This document shows positions 39,622-49,651 of a stretch of 64,000 bases of DNA, piece by piece. How positions within the stretch are numbered: position 1 is the first letter of the stretch; each line of letters begins with the position of its first letter. The position numbers were made by a program, and so were the translations under genes. Below the pieces are notes generated by a model. The model ran no database searches, was not told the origin of the DNA, and saw nothing but the letters and a program-made list of their open reading frames with translations. This DNA comes from a virus: positions 96,001 to 160,000 of IMG/VR virus record IMGVR_UViG_3300050343_000285. One strand, given 5' to 3'.

Positions 39622-39945
39622 CTACTCATCTGATACACTAACAGTATCAACATCCAACTCAACTCTAATTGTATAAATTTTAGTTAAAACTTCTGATCCT
39701 CCGGTTGTTTGAACCGATGTGCTTGTTGATATTGTCGTTTTTTCTGGTCTATCAGCAGATGCTGTGCTTGCCCACTGATCACTAAAGGCTTCACAAAAGT
39801 TATACACTAGATCCCTTATATCTCCTGTGTCTGGCTCGGTAGCAGCTTCTGTAATACTATTTAAAGCAGTAAAAGGTATTGTAACATCAGATGCTGAATT
39901 TGTCAAACCTGGAAACCAACCAGAAGGTGCTGGAGCGAATGCCAT
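39622..39945 (-). CDS. Hypothetical small acidic protein, probable virion component
   Basis: 107-aa Thr/Ser/Asp-rich ORF with AGGAG SD and its own promoter motif. Confidence 0.6.
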   Translation of the reverse strand: MAFAPAPSGWFPGLTNSASDVTIPFTALNSITEAATEPDTGDIRDLVYNFCEAFSDQWASTASADRPEKTTISTSTSVQTTGGSEVLTKIYTIRVELDVDTVSVSDE

Positions 39946-39979
39946 TTTAATTCTCCTATTTTGAATAAAACTTGAACTT

Positions 39980-39996
39980 TATATACTATAATACAC
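39980..39996 (-). promoter_or_regulatory. Recurrent promoter-like motif (GTGTATTATAGTATATA)
   Basis: Intergenic, upstream of the AGGAG SD and ATG 39945. Confidence 0.55.
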
Positions 39997-40002
39997 TTAA
40001 AG

Positions 40003-40908
40003 TTAAATAATTGGATTTATTATTCCATACCCTTGATATTTCTTAGTTTTAAATTTTTCATTTTTTATATCAATAGCGTGTTTTTTTAGAATATCATATA
40101 ATGCTTTTTTATCTAACTTTTGATTGTATTTTTGCTTATAATAAGACATATAAAGAGCAGCTACACCAGCAGCGAAAGGATTACTCATGCTAGTACCACT
40201 CATTAAAGCATATTTACCACCTGGTATTATACTCATTATATTATGACCTGGAGCTAAAAAGTCAAGACTAGGACCACTGCATGTAAAATTAGTTCTATTT
40301 AGATTTTCATCTATAGCGCCTATACTAATTGTTTCTGGATATTTGGCAGGAAACATAATGTCTACACTGGGTCCAGAATTTCCTGCTGCACAGAATATTA
40401 TACAACCTTTATCAGAAGCTTTCTTAACAGCTCTTTTTACTAAAGGAGAAGAACCTCTTGAACCAAGTGACATAGTGATTATATCAACATTTTTTTTAGC
40501 AGCATAATTTACAGCCTTAGCAACATTAGTTAAATTTCCACTACCATTTTTATCTAAAGCTTTTAGCGCCAATATCTTTGCGTCGGGTGCTACACCAACC
40601 ATTCCTTTATTATTGTCGCAAGCTGCTATAGTACCAGCTACGTGAGATCCATGACTATTGTCGTCCATTGCGTCTTCTGTGTCGTTTATAAAATTATATT
40701 GACCATCTATATTACTTTTTATATCTGGGTGGTTAACATCGCAACCTGTGTCTATAACAGCCACTCTGATACCACGACCAGTACTCTTAATCCATTGCTT
40801 ATCTACATTGAATTTTGTAATCTCCCATCCTTTCATTTGAGGATCATAAGGAGAAAGACCAAAAAAATCTTCAGTTTTGAAAGGTAATAAAGAAACATTA
40901 TCTCGCAT
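40003..40908 (-). CDS. Subtilisin-family (S8) serine protease
   Basis: VAVIDTG, HGSHVAGTI, AAGN and SGTSMSNPFAAG catalytic motifs. Confidence 0.93.
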   Translation of the reverse strand: MRDNVSLLPFKTEDFFGLSPYDPQMKGWEITKFNVDKQWIKSTGRGIRVAVIDTGCDVNHPDIKSNIDGQYNFINDTEDAMDDNSHGSHVAGTIAACDNNKGMVGVAPDAKILALKALDKNGSGNLTNVAKAVNYAAKKNVDIITMSLGSRGSSPLVKRAVKKASDKGCIIFCAAGNSGPSVDIMFPAKYPETISIGAIDENLNRTNFTCSGPSLDFLAPGHNIMSIIPGGKYALMSGTSMSNPFAAGVAALYMSYYKQKYNQKLDKKALYDILKKHAIDIKNEKFKTKKYQGYGIINPII

Positions 40909-41686
40909 TATCTTGCTCCATTATAGTTTGTATTATTTTTTTAGTTTCATCTATCCATTCTATGTAATCGCTTACTCTTGTACTACACCCAACATCACCA
41001 TAATCAGAGTCACTTTTTCCATCTGTTGCGTAAATATATGAGTGAATACCTGCTAACTTTTTATCTATAAATAATCCACCACCACTATCTCCCGGACATA
41101 TTAGAAATTCTAATTCTGTTTTCTCTCCTGATGTGTGAACTGAATATTTTAGTACATTTTTATCTACACCATCAATGATATTAGAACCAGCTCTCCTAGT
41201 ATTGTCGTACTTACTTATCCATCCACTATTAAAATCTCCATGATGCCCCCAGCCAGATAGACCACAGACTTTATCTACCTCGTCTGTATCAGTATATAGT
41301 TCTGGATAAAAGTCTAATTTAATTGGTTTTAGCTAATCTTGCTACAGCTATATCATTATATCCTATATTTTTAGCTTCGTATTTTGCGTGAATACGGCTA
41401 CTAAGATAACAAGGATATGCTTTATTTTTATATAAAACATGTTGCGTTATAGTATCTGCAACAATATGCGCAGCGGTTAATATATGATATTCATCTATTA
41501 CTACACAAGACGCTCTAAATTGACTATTTAATTTATCGCCCATACACTCCAACGATAGGCAAAACACACTCGTATTTCTTGCCATATTCAACATATTTAG
41601 CGTCAGAAACACTGAAGGGTCAATAGTTCCGCAATAAGCCTGAACAGGAAGTGAAGCAATAGATAGTGCAAAGCAAGGTATTTCAT
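40898..41686 (-). CDS. Trypsin-like (S1) serine protease, frameshifted
   Basis: ILTAAH, NDIAVARL and CPGDSGGGLF catalytic triad found across frames; hydrophobic N-terminus MKYLALHYLL/ICFTSCS region. Confidence 0.85.
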
Positions 41687-41727
41687 AAATACCCCTTTCA
41701 TTATTTGAAGGGTTTATTTTTTACCTT

Positions 41728-41740
41728 ATTATAATACACC
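41728..41740 (-). promoter_or_regulatory. Recurrent promoter-like motif (GGTGTATTATAAT)
   Basis: Intergenic, upstream of the trypsin-like gene. Confidence 0.55.
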
Positions 41741-41750
41741 TTAGAATCTT

Positions 41751-42011
41751 CTATAACATTTTATTCCAACTTTTATAATTCATTAAATGGCCGAAAAGAA
41801 AATGACAGTATTTATCGCATAAAGTAATAAGATTATCTGGGTCTAACTCTTTAGATGGATCTAAATGAACCGGCACAATATGATGTACTTCCGGCCTTTT
41901 ACATGACCCACAAGCCTGACAACAAGGTTGTTTTTCTATATGTTTCTTGCGTAATGCTGACCATCCGGGAGATCGAACAGCATAGCGAATTTTTTTATTA
42001 AAAGGCCACAT
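41751..42011 (-). CDS. Small HNH endonuclease
   Basis: CQACG, EVHHIVP, NLITLC..CH..GH. Confidence 0.8.
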   Translation of the reverse strand: MWPFNKKIRYAVRSPGWSALRKKHIEKQPCCQACGSCKRPEVHHIVPVHLDPSKELDPDNLITLCDKYCHFLFGHLMNYKSWNKML

Positions 42012-43018
42012 TAGTCTAATATAGAAGCCGCTATCAAGGCATCCTTTAGATACTGAGTGCAGAGGGTCGTCTGCGTGCTTGACTTCTTCAATAGGTCCAG
42101 AGGAAACTCTGCTTCGAGTAATTTTTCATTCAGTTTTACTACATGTAACCGTCTGCTCTTGATGTACCACCAGCAACTACGATTCTAATTGGATGCTTTA
42201 AATTTAGGAAGGGCTTTATGCCCTGTAAAGCAGCCGATAGTTGTTTAGCTGTATATTCTATTAATCTTTCATAGTAAGAAGCTACTGCTCCAAGTACTGA
42301 TTATCATTAGGCTCTCCAACCTTAAAACCACCTGCCTCCTTCTCTACTTGAACAACACTGTCAGGTTCTCCTGTTGCTACAGCACTCATACGATCTACCC
42401 AATCCCCAGATTTTGTTGTGCTAAACACTACAGTAGGCTCACCATTAAGCATAACACATACATTTGTCATACCAGCTCCGCAACTGATCCCGATACCAGT
42501 ATAGTCACTAGATTCTAATTCTGCATAACATAATGCTTCCGCTTCGTTAATAGCTCTAGCATCATAACCAGTTTCTGCAAGTATAGTTGTAACTACATCT
42601 TCATGATATCCAACATCAAAATCATCATCTTCTTGATCAACTGGTTGAGCAGGAACGCAGAATACTAATTTTTCACCGGGTTCAGATGCTTGTCCGACTA
42701 CTTCTTTTAGTATATAAGCCAGAACTCTTTTGGCTTCTTTTTCTTTGACTGATACAACCCCTCGATACATAGGTCTTCTGGCAGCTTCGTTTCTTTCGAC
42801 TGCTTTTTCTATTGCGTCTTTACCGAGAAAAATAAATGAGCCATCAGTATCTTTGACGAATACTTTACCAGCCAGACCCTTTTCTATCATTTTTGTGGCG
42901 ATTGGAGTCGTTGGTTTGATTACATAAAAAGCATCTCTAAAATCTTTAAATTTATATTATCTCCTTCATAAGAAGATAAAACTATAAAACTTGTACCTAC
43001 ATCTAAGCCTTTACTCAT
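42011..43018 (-). CDS. Actin-fold ATPase (MreB/MamK/volactin-like), frameshifted
   Basis: MSKGLDVGTSF (phosphate 1), RRPMYRG, INEAEA (connect 1), GISCGAGMTN (phosphate 2), GDWVD, VVAGGTS (adenosine), KGCLIAA. Confidence 0.85.
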
Positions 43019-43019
43019 A

Positions 43020-43322
43020 TCATTTACCCTTCATATTTTTCAGTTTATTGATGGCTGTCTGAGTATTATCTTTTTTACTGGTTGTATTACCCAGCTCTTT
43101 ATTACTCTTGCTCATACTATCTGTAGATACACCTAAAACTATCTTTTTATCGTTTATATCTATTTTTACAGACTTTGGGTCTTCTTTATTATTTTTATCA
43201 AAAAAACTTTTAGGTTTCTGAGAATTATCTATATTATTCTTATTTAAGATATATTTTTCAAATAATATACCAAATGTAAACATAAGAAACAATAGTATAA
43301 ATACCATCATTTGTTCTAACAT
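43020..43322 (-). CDS. Single-TM membrane protein with basic tail
   Basis: N-terminal MMVFILLFLMFTFGILF helix; translationally coupled to the actin-like gene. Confidence 0.65.
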   Translation of the reverse strand: MLEQMMVFILLFLMFTFGILFEKYILNKNNIDNSQKPKSFFDKNNKEDPKSVKIDINDKKIVLGVSTDSMSKSNKELGNTTSKKDNTQTAINKLKNMKGK

Positions 43323-43349
43323 ATTATATCTCCTATAAATATTTTATAA

Positions 43350-43362
43350 TTATATAATACAC
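43350..43362 (-). promoter_or_regulatory. Recurrent promoter-like motif (GTGTATTATATAA)
   Basis: At the neuA stop, upstream of the AGGAG SD and ATG 43322. Confidence 0.5.
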
Positions 43363-43997
43363 TATTTCAATAACTTGCTAATTAATTCTAAATCATCATA
43401 AGTATCTACCTGAAAACTCCTACGTATTGGCATCTCAACTATGCCAGTATTCCCATGATACCTAAGATTATTTTTTAGCAAGCTATCTTTAGTTGTTATA
43501 TATAAAGCCCCATTCTCTACCCAATTTTCTTTACATTGTTGTCTCATTGGTCTAGCATGAGGATTCCAGCCATCTGGTTTACCTTCTATTGTCCATCGAG
43601 GAATCCAATGTTCTTTATACGCACTGAATACGGAGTCATATTGACCCATCATCTCTATACCCTTATTTATATCTTCTGGTAGTAATAGGGGAGATGTTGG
43701 CTGAATAAAAACTAATATATCAAATGCAAAAATTCTACAAAAATGTATCAATGCATCTTCACTTTTGCTTGTATCACCTGATATACTATCTGGCCTAATA
43801 ACTACTTTGGCTCCAGCATTTCTTGCGCATGACATAATATCTTCATCATTGGTACTAATAAATACATCGTTAGCTTTAGATTTCTGAGCAGCTTCTATCG
43901 TGTATTGTATTAGAGGTTTACCATTGATATCAATAATATTTTTTTTTGGTATACCCTTGCTTCCACCTCTGGCGAGTATGACTGTTTTTATTTTCAT
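43362..43997 (-). CDS. neuA: Acylneuraminate (CMP-nonulosonate) cytidylyltransferase
   Basis: ILARGGSKGIPKKN, GKPLI, QPTSPL, ENGALY, VDT..D. Confidence 0.9.
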   Translation of the reverse strand: MKIKTVILARGGSKGIPKKNIIDINGKPLIQYTIEAAQKSKANDVFISTNDEDIMSCARNAGAKVVIRPDSISGDTSKSEDALIHFCRIFAFDILVFIQPTSPLLLPEDINKGIEMMGQYDSVFSAYKEHWIPRWTIEGKPDGWNPHARPMRQQCKENWVENGALYITTKDSLLKNNLRYHGNTGIVEMPIRRSFQVDTYDDLELISKLLK

Positions 43998-44620
43998 TAT
44001 TCTGATTTATAAGTGATGTCTTTATTTAATGTAGATATATATTTTTGCATTCGTGGTCTATTCCACCAAAGATCATTATTTTTATTAATATCTTTAAGTA
44101 AAAAATGTAAGTCTTTATTAGTAAAATATTTATTAAAATTATTTAATAATGATATCTCAGGCACTTTAGAAAAATTAATATCATCAATTTCCCATAATTT
44201 AATCATCATATCTATTGGTCCACATTGCATGTAATCAATCATATAGCAATCAAAATTATCTATTTTTTTATAACAATGCCTTCCTATAAAATTCAATTTA
44301 TCAAAATTTATTATATCAATAAGCTTATCTGGATTAGTCGCATAAAGATCGCTCCTTAACTTAATGCATTTGTTAAACCCTAAGTTTTTTGCGATATATA
44401 GTCCGTTTAAAGTGCTAATTTTTTGTAAATTTATATTATGATGACCAAAAACACGAGGGATTTTACTAAAAATAACAGTATCTTCTTTAGTATATTTATC
44501 TCTTTTTATATCATTTATCCAAGTGGAAAAAATTAAATTATGATTTTTCCAACAATCTCTATGTCTTTTAATATTATCACTAGGACCTTGTACAATAATA
44601 CATATATCTTCGTTATTCAT
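43997..44620 (-). CDS. WavE-like glycan biosynthesis protein
   Basis: IIVQGP, IFSTW, NLQ..STLNGL, KLRSD. Confidence 0.65.
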   Translation of the reverse strand: MNNEDICIIVQGPSDNIKRHRDCWKNHNLIFSTWINDIKRDKYTKEDTVIFSKIPRVFGHHNINLQKISTLNGLYIAKNLGFNKCIKLRSDLYATNPDKLIDIINFDKLNFIGRHCYKKIDNFDCYMIDYMQCGPIDMMIKLWEIDDINFSKVPEISLLNNFNKYFTNKDLHFLLKDINKNNDLWWNRPRMQKYISTLNKDITYKSE

Positions 44621-45060
44621 ATAAAAAAACCTAAATAATCAGAACATATTCCGTAAACTTTTTTATTTTCTATAACTCGCTTAGTTTCTTTCTTGCTCTC
44701 ACAAACTATAACACTATTACTAGTTATGTTTTTTCCTGGGTACGTCCAAATAAATTTTTTTGAAGTTAAAGTGAAATCATCTGTCTGATGCCAGAAATAA
44801 TTTAAATTTTCATATTGTTGCATAAATCTTATGGCCTCTAAATTTTTACAATGTAGCCATAATGACTCTTTATGATTAATTAAAAACATATCGCTAATTT
44901 CATATAACGGTTTATCATGGCCTAAGTATAATATATTATTTATTAATCTTAAATCTATTTCTACGTCGTAGCCTTGCTTTATACAAAAAGCAACTTGATC
45001 AGGGTGATTTTCTTTTTTTGACATACCATGAGTATTTCCTCTGTGACTTATATATTTCAT
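44617..45060 (-). CDS. Glycerophosphodiester phosphodiesterase-like (PLC-like) protein
   Basis: ISHRGN, GYDVEID, LGHD, LHCKN, FWHQ.D, GICSD. Confidence 0.7.
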   Translation of the reverse strand: MKYISHRGNTHGMSKKENHPDQVAFCIKQGYDVEIDLRLINNILYLGHDKPLYEISDMFLINHKESLWLHCKNLEAIRFMQQYENLNYFWHQTDDFTLTSKKFIWTYPGKNITSNSVIVCESKKETKRVIENKKVYGICSDYLGFFI

Positions 45061-45683
45061 TTACTTCTTTCATGCAAGATAAAATCTTTATAATATATTG
45101 TTTTAATTTTTTCAATATTATCATTTGATATTAGAATATTTTCTGAAGATGACATATTAAGTTTAGGCATATTTCGATATACGTTAGAAATATTTTCAAT
45201 ATTAATAATTAATTGTTTTTTAAAAAACCAAAAAATATCGGGAATAAAATCACTTTGAAGAAAAAAATGATGAGGTTCTGATATAAAATTTAATTTAGAA
45301 AAATTATTTAATACTATATCACCTATATCTTCGATTATATTAATTTCATTATGTTTTATTTTAATAATATTCTTAAGCCATTCATGCCCATATTGTTTTC
45401 TTGTTCCATTCACAAAATAATGAGATAATAAAGATTTGAATCTTTTAATAGGATCTCTCGTTATGATCATACCTTCGTTATATATAGATAAATTTTGTTT
45501 TAATATCGGTATCTTATTTTTAAAATATTTCTTACATACGAAACTAGCATTTTTAGGCACTTCTACCCAAAGTGTTTTTGTTTGAAAACTTTTACATAAA
45601 CTCATATCCCATAGATACGTAAACTTGTTGCAGTAGGTGCAATTACATGAATTTAGATTTTTTATATCTGTACTTTTAATCAT
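45057..45683 (-). CDS. Sulfotransferase (family 2-like)
   Basis: VPKNAS 5'-PSB loop and RDPIKRFKS 3'-PB motif. Confidence 0.65.
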   Translation of the reverse strand: MIKSTDIKNLNSCNCTYCNKFTYLWDMSLCKSFQTKTLWVEVPKNASFVCKKYFKNKIPILKQNLSIYNEGMIITRDPIKRFKSLLSHYFVNGTRKQYGHEWLKNIIKIKHNEINIIEDIGDIVLNNFSKLNFISEPHHFFLQSDFIPDIFWFFKKQLIINIENISNVYRNMPKLNMSSSENILISNDNIEKIKTIYYKDFILHERSK

Positions 45684-47055
45684 TTGCCTGCTTGCGATCT
45701 ATAAAATTATTTAAGTCTTCTGGAGTGCCTATTCCCCACATTTTATCTACATGAAAAATAGATATTTTTTTATTATCAGCTATTGCTTCATTAAATACAG
45801 GACATACATAAAATTCATTATTATATCTTTTATTTAACTTAATCATTTGCTTAGCGTATTTAACATAATCTGAACCCTTTTTCCAATAGTAAACTCCTAC
45901 TGTTGCTATATTTGATATTGGGTTTTTTTCTGCTACTTCATTTACAAAACCAGTTTCTTTATCTATCTTAACAAAAGACCATTTAGGATGTGTTGATTCA
46001 AATGTTAATATGCCAGCATCTACATTTTGTTCTTGCATTTTATACATAAATTTGCTTGTATTCCATTCCACATATTGATCAGAGTTAGCTATAATTAGAG
46101 GATTGTCATTATCTATTTCTTTTTCTGCTAACAATGTGGTACACGCTGCCCCATCAGTGATACCATCAACTTCTATAACCTTAGGATTTTTTGTAATAAT
46201 ACTTAATAATGAATCTAAATTATATTTTAGTCTATGATTTTTTTGAACAATAAATATATGATTTGCTTTAAAGTTTAAATTATCTACAACTAACTGTATC
46301 ATTGGCTTATTGTCTATTTCTATTAGAGGTTTAGGGAAGGTATAGCCTGCTTGATCAAACCTACTACCTGCACCAGCCATAGGGATTAAAACATTTAGAT
46401 TAGTATCTTCCCATTTTATATTCTGTTTCATGATTGTATTCTCCGTTTTAATTTTTTTTGAAATATTTTCTATTGTAACTTCATCAGGGCTAGATACACG
46501 GTATACATTAGCTCCAGAAATTTCAGCAGCTTTTAATCCATTAGGGGAGTCTTCAACAATTAGGGTTTCATTTGGTACAGTTTTGAGGATTGACATAGCT
46601 TTCCAATAAATTTCAGGATGAGGCTTGGATGTGGATACATCTTCATTTGTTAAAATTAAATCAAAATACTCGATAACACCAATTTTTGATAGCATAGTAT
46701 ATACTGATCTTCTAATAGAATTAGAGCAACATGATATTTTATAATTTTGAGATAAATAATAAAAAACTTCAACTAACCTATTATCTTTATGTAAAGACTC
46801 GAATTTTTGCAAAGTTATACGTTGTTTAAGATCCCATATTTTTGTATGTAAATTTACTGTTAGTCCTCTGTTTTCTGTAAGTAGTTTTAATTTTTCATAA
46901 GTTTTCAATCCATCATATTTTCTATAATGATCTTGTTTTGATATAATATATTGCTCACCAGCTATGGTATATAAGGCTTCATTCAAAGCATCATAATGCA
47001 TATCCTTAGCTTTTACTAAAACCCCATCTAAGTCGAAAATAATATGCTTAATCAT
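45676..47055 (-). CDS. HAD phosphatase fused to a sugar-phosphate nucleotidyltransferase
   Basis: FDLDGVL, KPHP, EDS (HAD); LIPMAGAGSRF, PKPLI, DGAA, GTPEDL (NTP transferase). Confidence 0.85.
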   Translation of the reverse strand: MIKHIIFDLDGVLVKAKDMHYDALNEALYTIAGEQYIISKQDHYRKYDGLKTYEKLKLLTENRGLTVNLHTKIWDLKQRITLQKFESLHKDNRLVEVFYYLSQNYKISCCSNSIRRSVYTMLSKIGVIEYFDLILTNEDVSTSKPHPEIYWKAMSILKTVPNETLIVEDSPNGLKAAEISGANVYRVSSPDEVTIENISKKIKTENTIMKQNIKWEDTNLNVLIPMAGAGSRFDQAGYTFPKPLIEIDNKPMIQLVVDNLNFKANHIFIVQKNHRLKYNLDSLLSIITKNPKVIEVDGITDGAACTTLLAEKEIDNDNPLIIANSDQYVEWNTSKFMYKMQEQNVDAGILTFESTHPKWSFVKIDKETGFVNEVAEKNPISNIATVGVYYWKKGSDYVKYAKQMIKLNKRYNNEFYVCPVFNEAIADNKKISIFHVDKMWGIGTPEDLNNFIDRKQAND

Positions 47056-48047
47056 TATAATTTTTTCTTTAGTATATTTAATATTTTATCGCAAGAGTTG
47101 CCATCACCATATGGGCAAGATTCATTTACTATTTCTATTTTGGTGTTTTTAAAAATTTTATACAAATCCTTTGGAGATTGACACAGTGTAGAGAACGTCC
47201 CAAGACCTTCTTTTCTTTCAGTTGTTGTCCGACAAACTATACTCTTTTTTTGCAAAAATGAAGACTCTTCTTGAAGGCCCCCGCTATCAGTTATTAATAT
47301 ACTACATTTAGCAATTATATCTATACATTTATTATAAGACAAAGGATCTATTACTTTAACGTTTTTGAATACATATTTATATTTTTGTATTTTATTATTT
47401 GGATGCATAGGAAAAATAAATTCTAAATTTTTATACATAGTTGCTATGTCCTCAATAGCTACAAACCAGTCTTTAATTATTTTTAAATTTTCTCTCCTAT
47501 GTAATGTTATTAAAACCTTGTTTTCTAAAGTTGGTTGAATATTTTTTAAATTATCTAAAACTGTGTTACCAACTAAATAAGTTTCGCCAGAATGATAAGA
47601 CTTTATATTATTTAAATTTTCTTGAGTTGGGCATAGATGTATATCTGCCATATTGCTAATAGCAATTCTATTAAACTCTTCTGGATAGGGATGATTAATA
47701 TTTCCTGATCTAAGTCCAGCTTCTAAATGTATAATTGGTATTTGTCTATGAAATGAGGATAAAGCTACAGCAAAAGCAGAGGTTGTATCTCCTTGAATTA
47801 ATGTATGTGTAACATTGTGAAAAATTGGATTAATCTTACTTAGTATAGAAGATATTATTGAATCCAACCTGTTTGCTGAATTATCTATATTAATATATAT
47901 GGGGTTATATTCAGTAATAAATTTATCTATTAACTCGTTATGTTGCTTAATATATAATAGTTTATAATCAATATTATTTTTTATTTTGTCAATTAATGGT
48001 TTAATTTTTATCCATTCTGGTCTTGTCCCGAAAGCTATTAATAGCAT
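47055..48047 (-). CDS. wecB: UDP-N-acetylglucosamine 2-epimerase (non-hydrolysing type)
   Basis: GTRPE.IK, QGDT, HLEAGLRS, PEEFNR, VGNT, TLHRREN, TDSGGLQEE. Confidence 0.9.
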   Translation of the reverse strand: MLLIAFGTRPEWIKIKPLIDKIKNNIDYKLLYIKQHNELIDKFITEYNPIYINIDNSANRLDSIISSILSKINPIFHNVTHTLIQGDTTSAFAVALSSFHRQIPIIHLEAGLRSGNINHPYPEEFNRIAISNMADIHLCPTQENLNNIKSYHSGETYLVGNTVLDNLKNIQPTLENKVLITLHRRENLKIIKDWFVAIEDIATMYKNLEFIFPMHPNNKIQKYKYVFKNVKVIDPLSYNKCIDIIAKCSILITDSGGLQEESSFLQKKSIVCRTTTERKEGLGTFSTLCQSPKDLYKIFKNTKIEIVNESCPYGDGNSCDKILNILKKKL

Positions 48048-48059
48048 AATTTTAAACCT

Positions 48060-48797
48060 TTATTCTATATTTTTTACTGTATTCCACCCGTTATCAATAG
48101 CATGTTCTACGCAAAGATTTCTTTGACTAAAAAAGGTCTTGTGAGACACTACTGTATTTTTACTAGTTGCAACTCTGTCTCCACCCAGCTTAATAGGTTC
48201 CAAAGATCCATGCAGAGACTTATCATTTTTAGGATGAGGAGGGCAGTAAGTATTAATTTTACCAAATTTTTGAGCCAAATATGAAAACTGTATATCTTCT
48301 CCGTTATCTAACATAAAAGGTTTTTCAAACCACATATATTTCAACCATTCACTTTTAAAAAACCATGCATGACCTACTAAATCAACTCTTTGTATCTCCG
48401 TATTCAAACTGGGCCACCCAGCTCTAGTATGATTTCTATATACTCTAGAATTTAAAATTACACCAGCAGATCCTAATATACCGTTACATTGATTTATAGA
48501 ACTTAAACAATTTTCAAACCATCTTTTTCCAGGAATTGTGTCATCATCAAATACTGCTATATAATCACTTTGTGATAAGAGGGCAGCAGAAAACCTACCA
48601 TAAAACTTCCAATTAAAATTATTATCAAATGTTTTATCAACATCAAAACTCTTTAAGTCTACTTGCTCATTATCCTGATGTAGATTTCTCCATAACCAAA
48701 TATCTGTTGTTTTAATTGTTTGATTCCTAATTGATTCTATTTGTTTTTTAAGATTTTGAGGTCTTCTGTATAAATTTAATATAGTTGTTATAGTCAT
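48060..48797 (-). CDS. GT2-like glycosyltransferase
   Basis: TILNLYRRP, VFDDDTIPG (DxD), GEDIQFSY. Confidence 0.75.
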   Translation of the reverse strand: MTITTILNLYRRPQNLKKQIESIRNQTIKTTDIWLWRNLHQDNEQVDLKSFDVDKTFDNNFNWKFYGRFSAALLSQSDYIAVFDDDTIPGKRWFENCLSSINQCNGILGSAGVILNSRVYRNHTRAGWPSLNTEIQRVDLVGHAWFFKSEWLKYMWFEKPFMLDNGEDIQFSYLAQKFGKINTYCPPHPKNDKSLHGSLEPIKLGGDRVATSKNTVVSHKTFFSQRNLCVEHAIDNGWNTVKNIE

Positions 48798-49651
48798 AAG
48801 CTTTTGTATATTTCTATATATTCTTCTGCAATATCAATTGGATTCCAGTATTTCTTCATCCACTCTCTAGAATTAACTCCTTTTTGCATAATATAATCTA
48901 TACCTTTATTTTCAACCAAGTTTATTAATACGTTCTCTAGCTCTTGTATTGAACACGACAGGAATGGGTGTCCATCCGACTTGGCTACATTTTTTATTAC
49001 CTTATCAACCCCATCGCTTATTTTACATATAGTCAAACACCCCAAGGATAAACCCTCTAATCCAGATCTATGATATGATCCTGTCATCACTTCGTCTATA
49101 ATTATATTGCATAAAGATTTTCTCTGCCTACACTCTCTGTAACCGATTCCATGAATCACATCTATATCAATTTTTTCTTTGTATTTTTCTTTAAGTTTTT
49201 GCAAAATTGTCGTTGTTTGCCTGTACCCTTTATTATACCATCCTCTATCTTTTTTATTAGATGGTGAATATCCTATTTTTATTTTCTTGTCGTAATATTT
49301 TGGAATATTCATGTCTTCCCAGAGGTCTATTGGATTTCTAACTATTGTACAGTTTTTATATTCTGGTAGTGTGGCATGATACTGTGCTATTACGGCTTTG
49401 GGTATTGCAACGCTTAGATCAACCCTAAATGGTTCGCTGTGATATTGAATAAGTCTTGGTAATTTACTGCTATTAAACATATTTCTATTATGTAAATGAA
49501 TGATATCTAAATATTGTAATAAATTAGTTTTTTCACTTGCATAACCATAACCAAATACACTAGCTTCATGATCTGTATATTTATTTATAATATTAGAAAT
49601 AGCTTCTGGAGCATTAGACAACCCTGTTTGTTTATAGTGTGCTATTTTCAT
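48794..49651 (-). CDS. GT-B (GT4-like) glycosyltransferase
   Basis: IGYSPS, IID...GSYHRSGLEGLSLGCLTI C-terminal GT-B motif. Confidence 0.65.
   Translation of the reverse strand: MKIAHYKQTGLSNAPEAISNIINKYTDHEASVFGYGYASEKTNLLQYLDIIHLHNRNMFNSSKLPRLIQYHSEPFRVDLSVAIPKAVIAQYHATLPEYKNCTIVRNPIDLWEDMNIPKYYDKKIKIGYSPSNKKDRGWYNKGYRQTTTILQKLKEKYKEKIDIDVIHGIGYRECRQRKSLCNIIIDEVMTGSYHRSGLEGLSLGCLTICKISDGVDKVIKNVAKSDGHPFLSCSIQELENVLINLVENKGIDYIMQKGVNSREWMKKYWNPIDIAEEYIEIYKSL

Noticed and set aside
41751-42011. HNH gene as a mobile homing endonuclease or intron marker
   Set aside because: It is a very short stand-alone HNH with no flanking split gene or intron features. This is common in phages and unremarkable.
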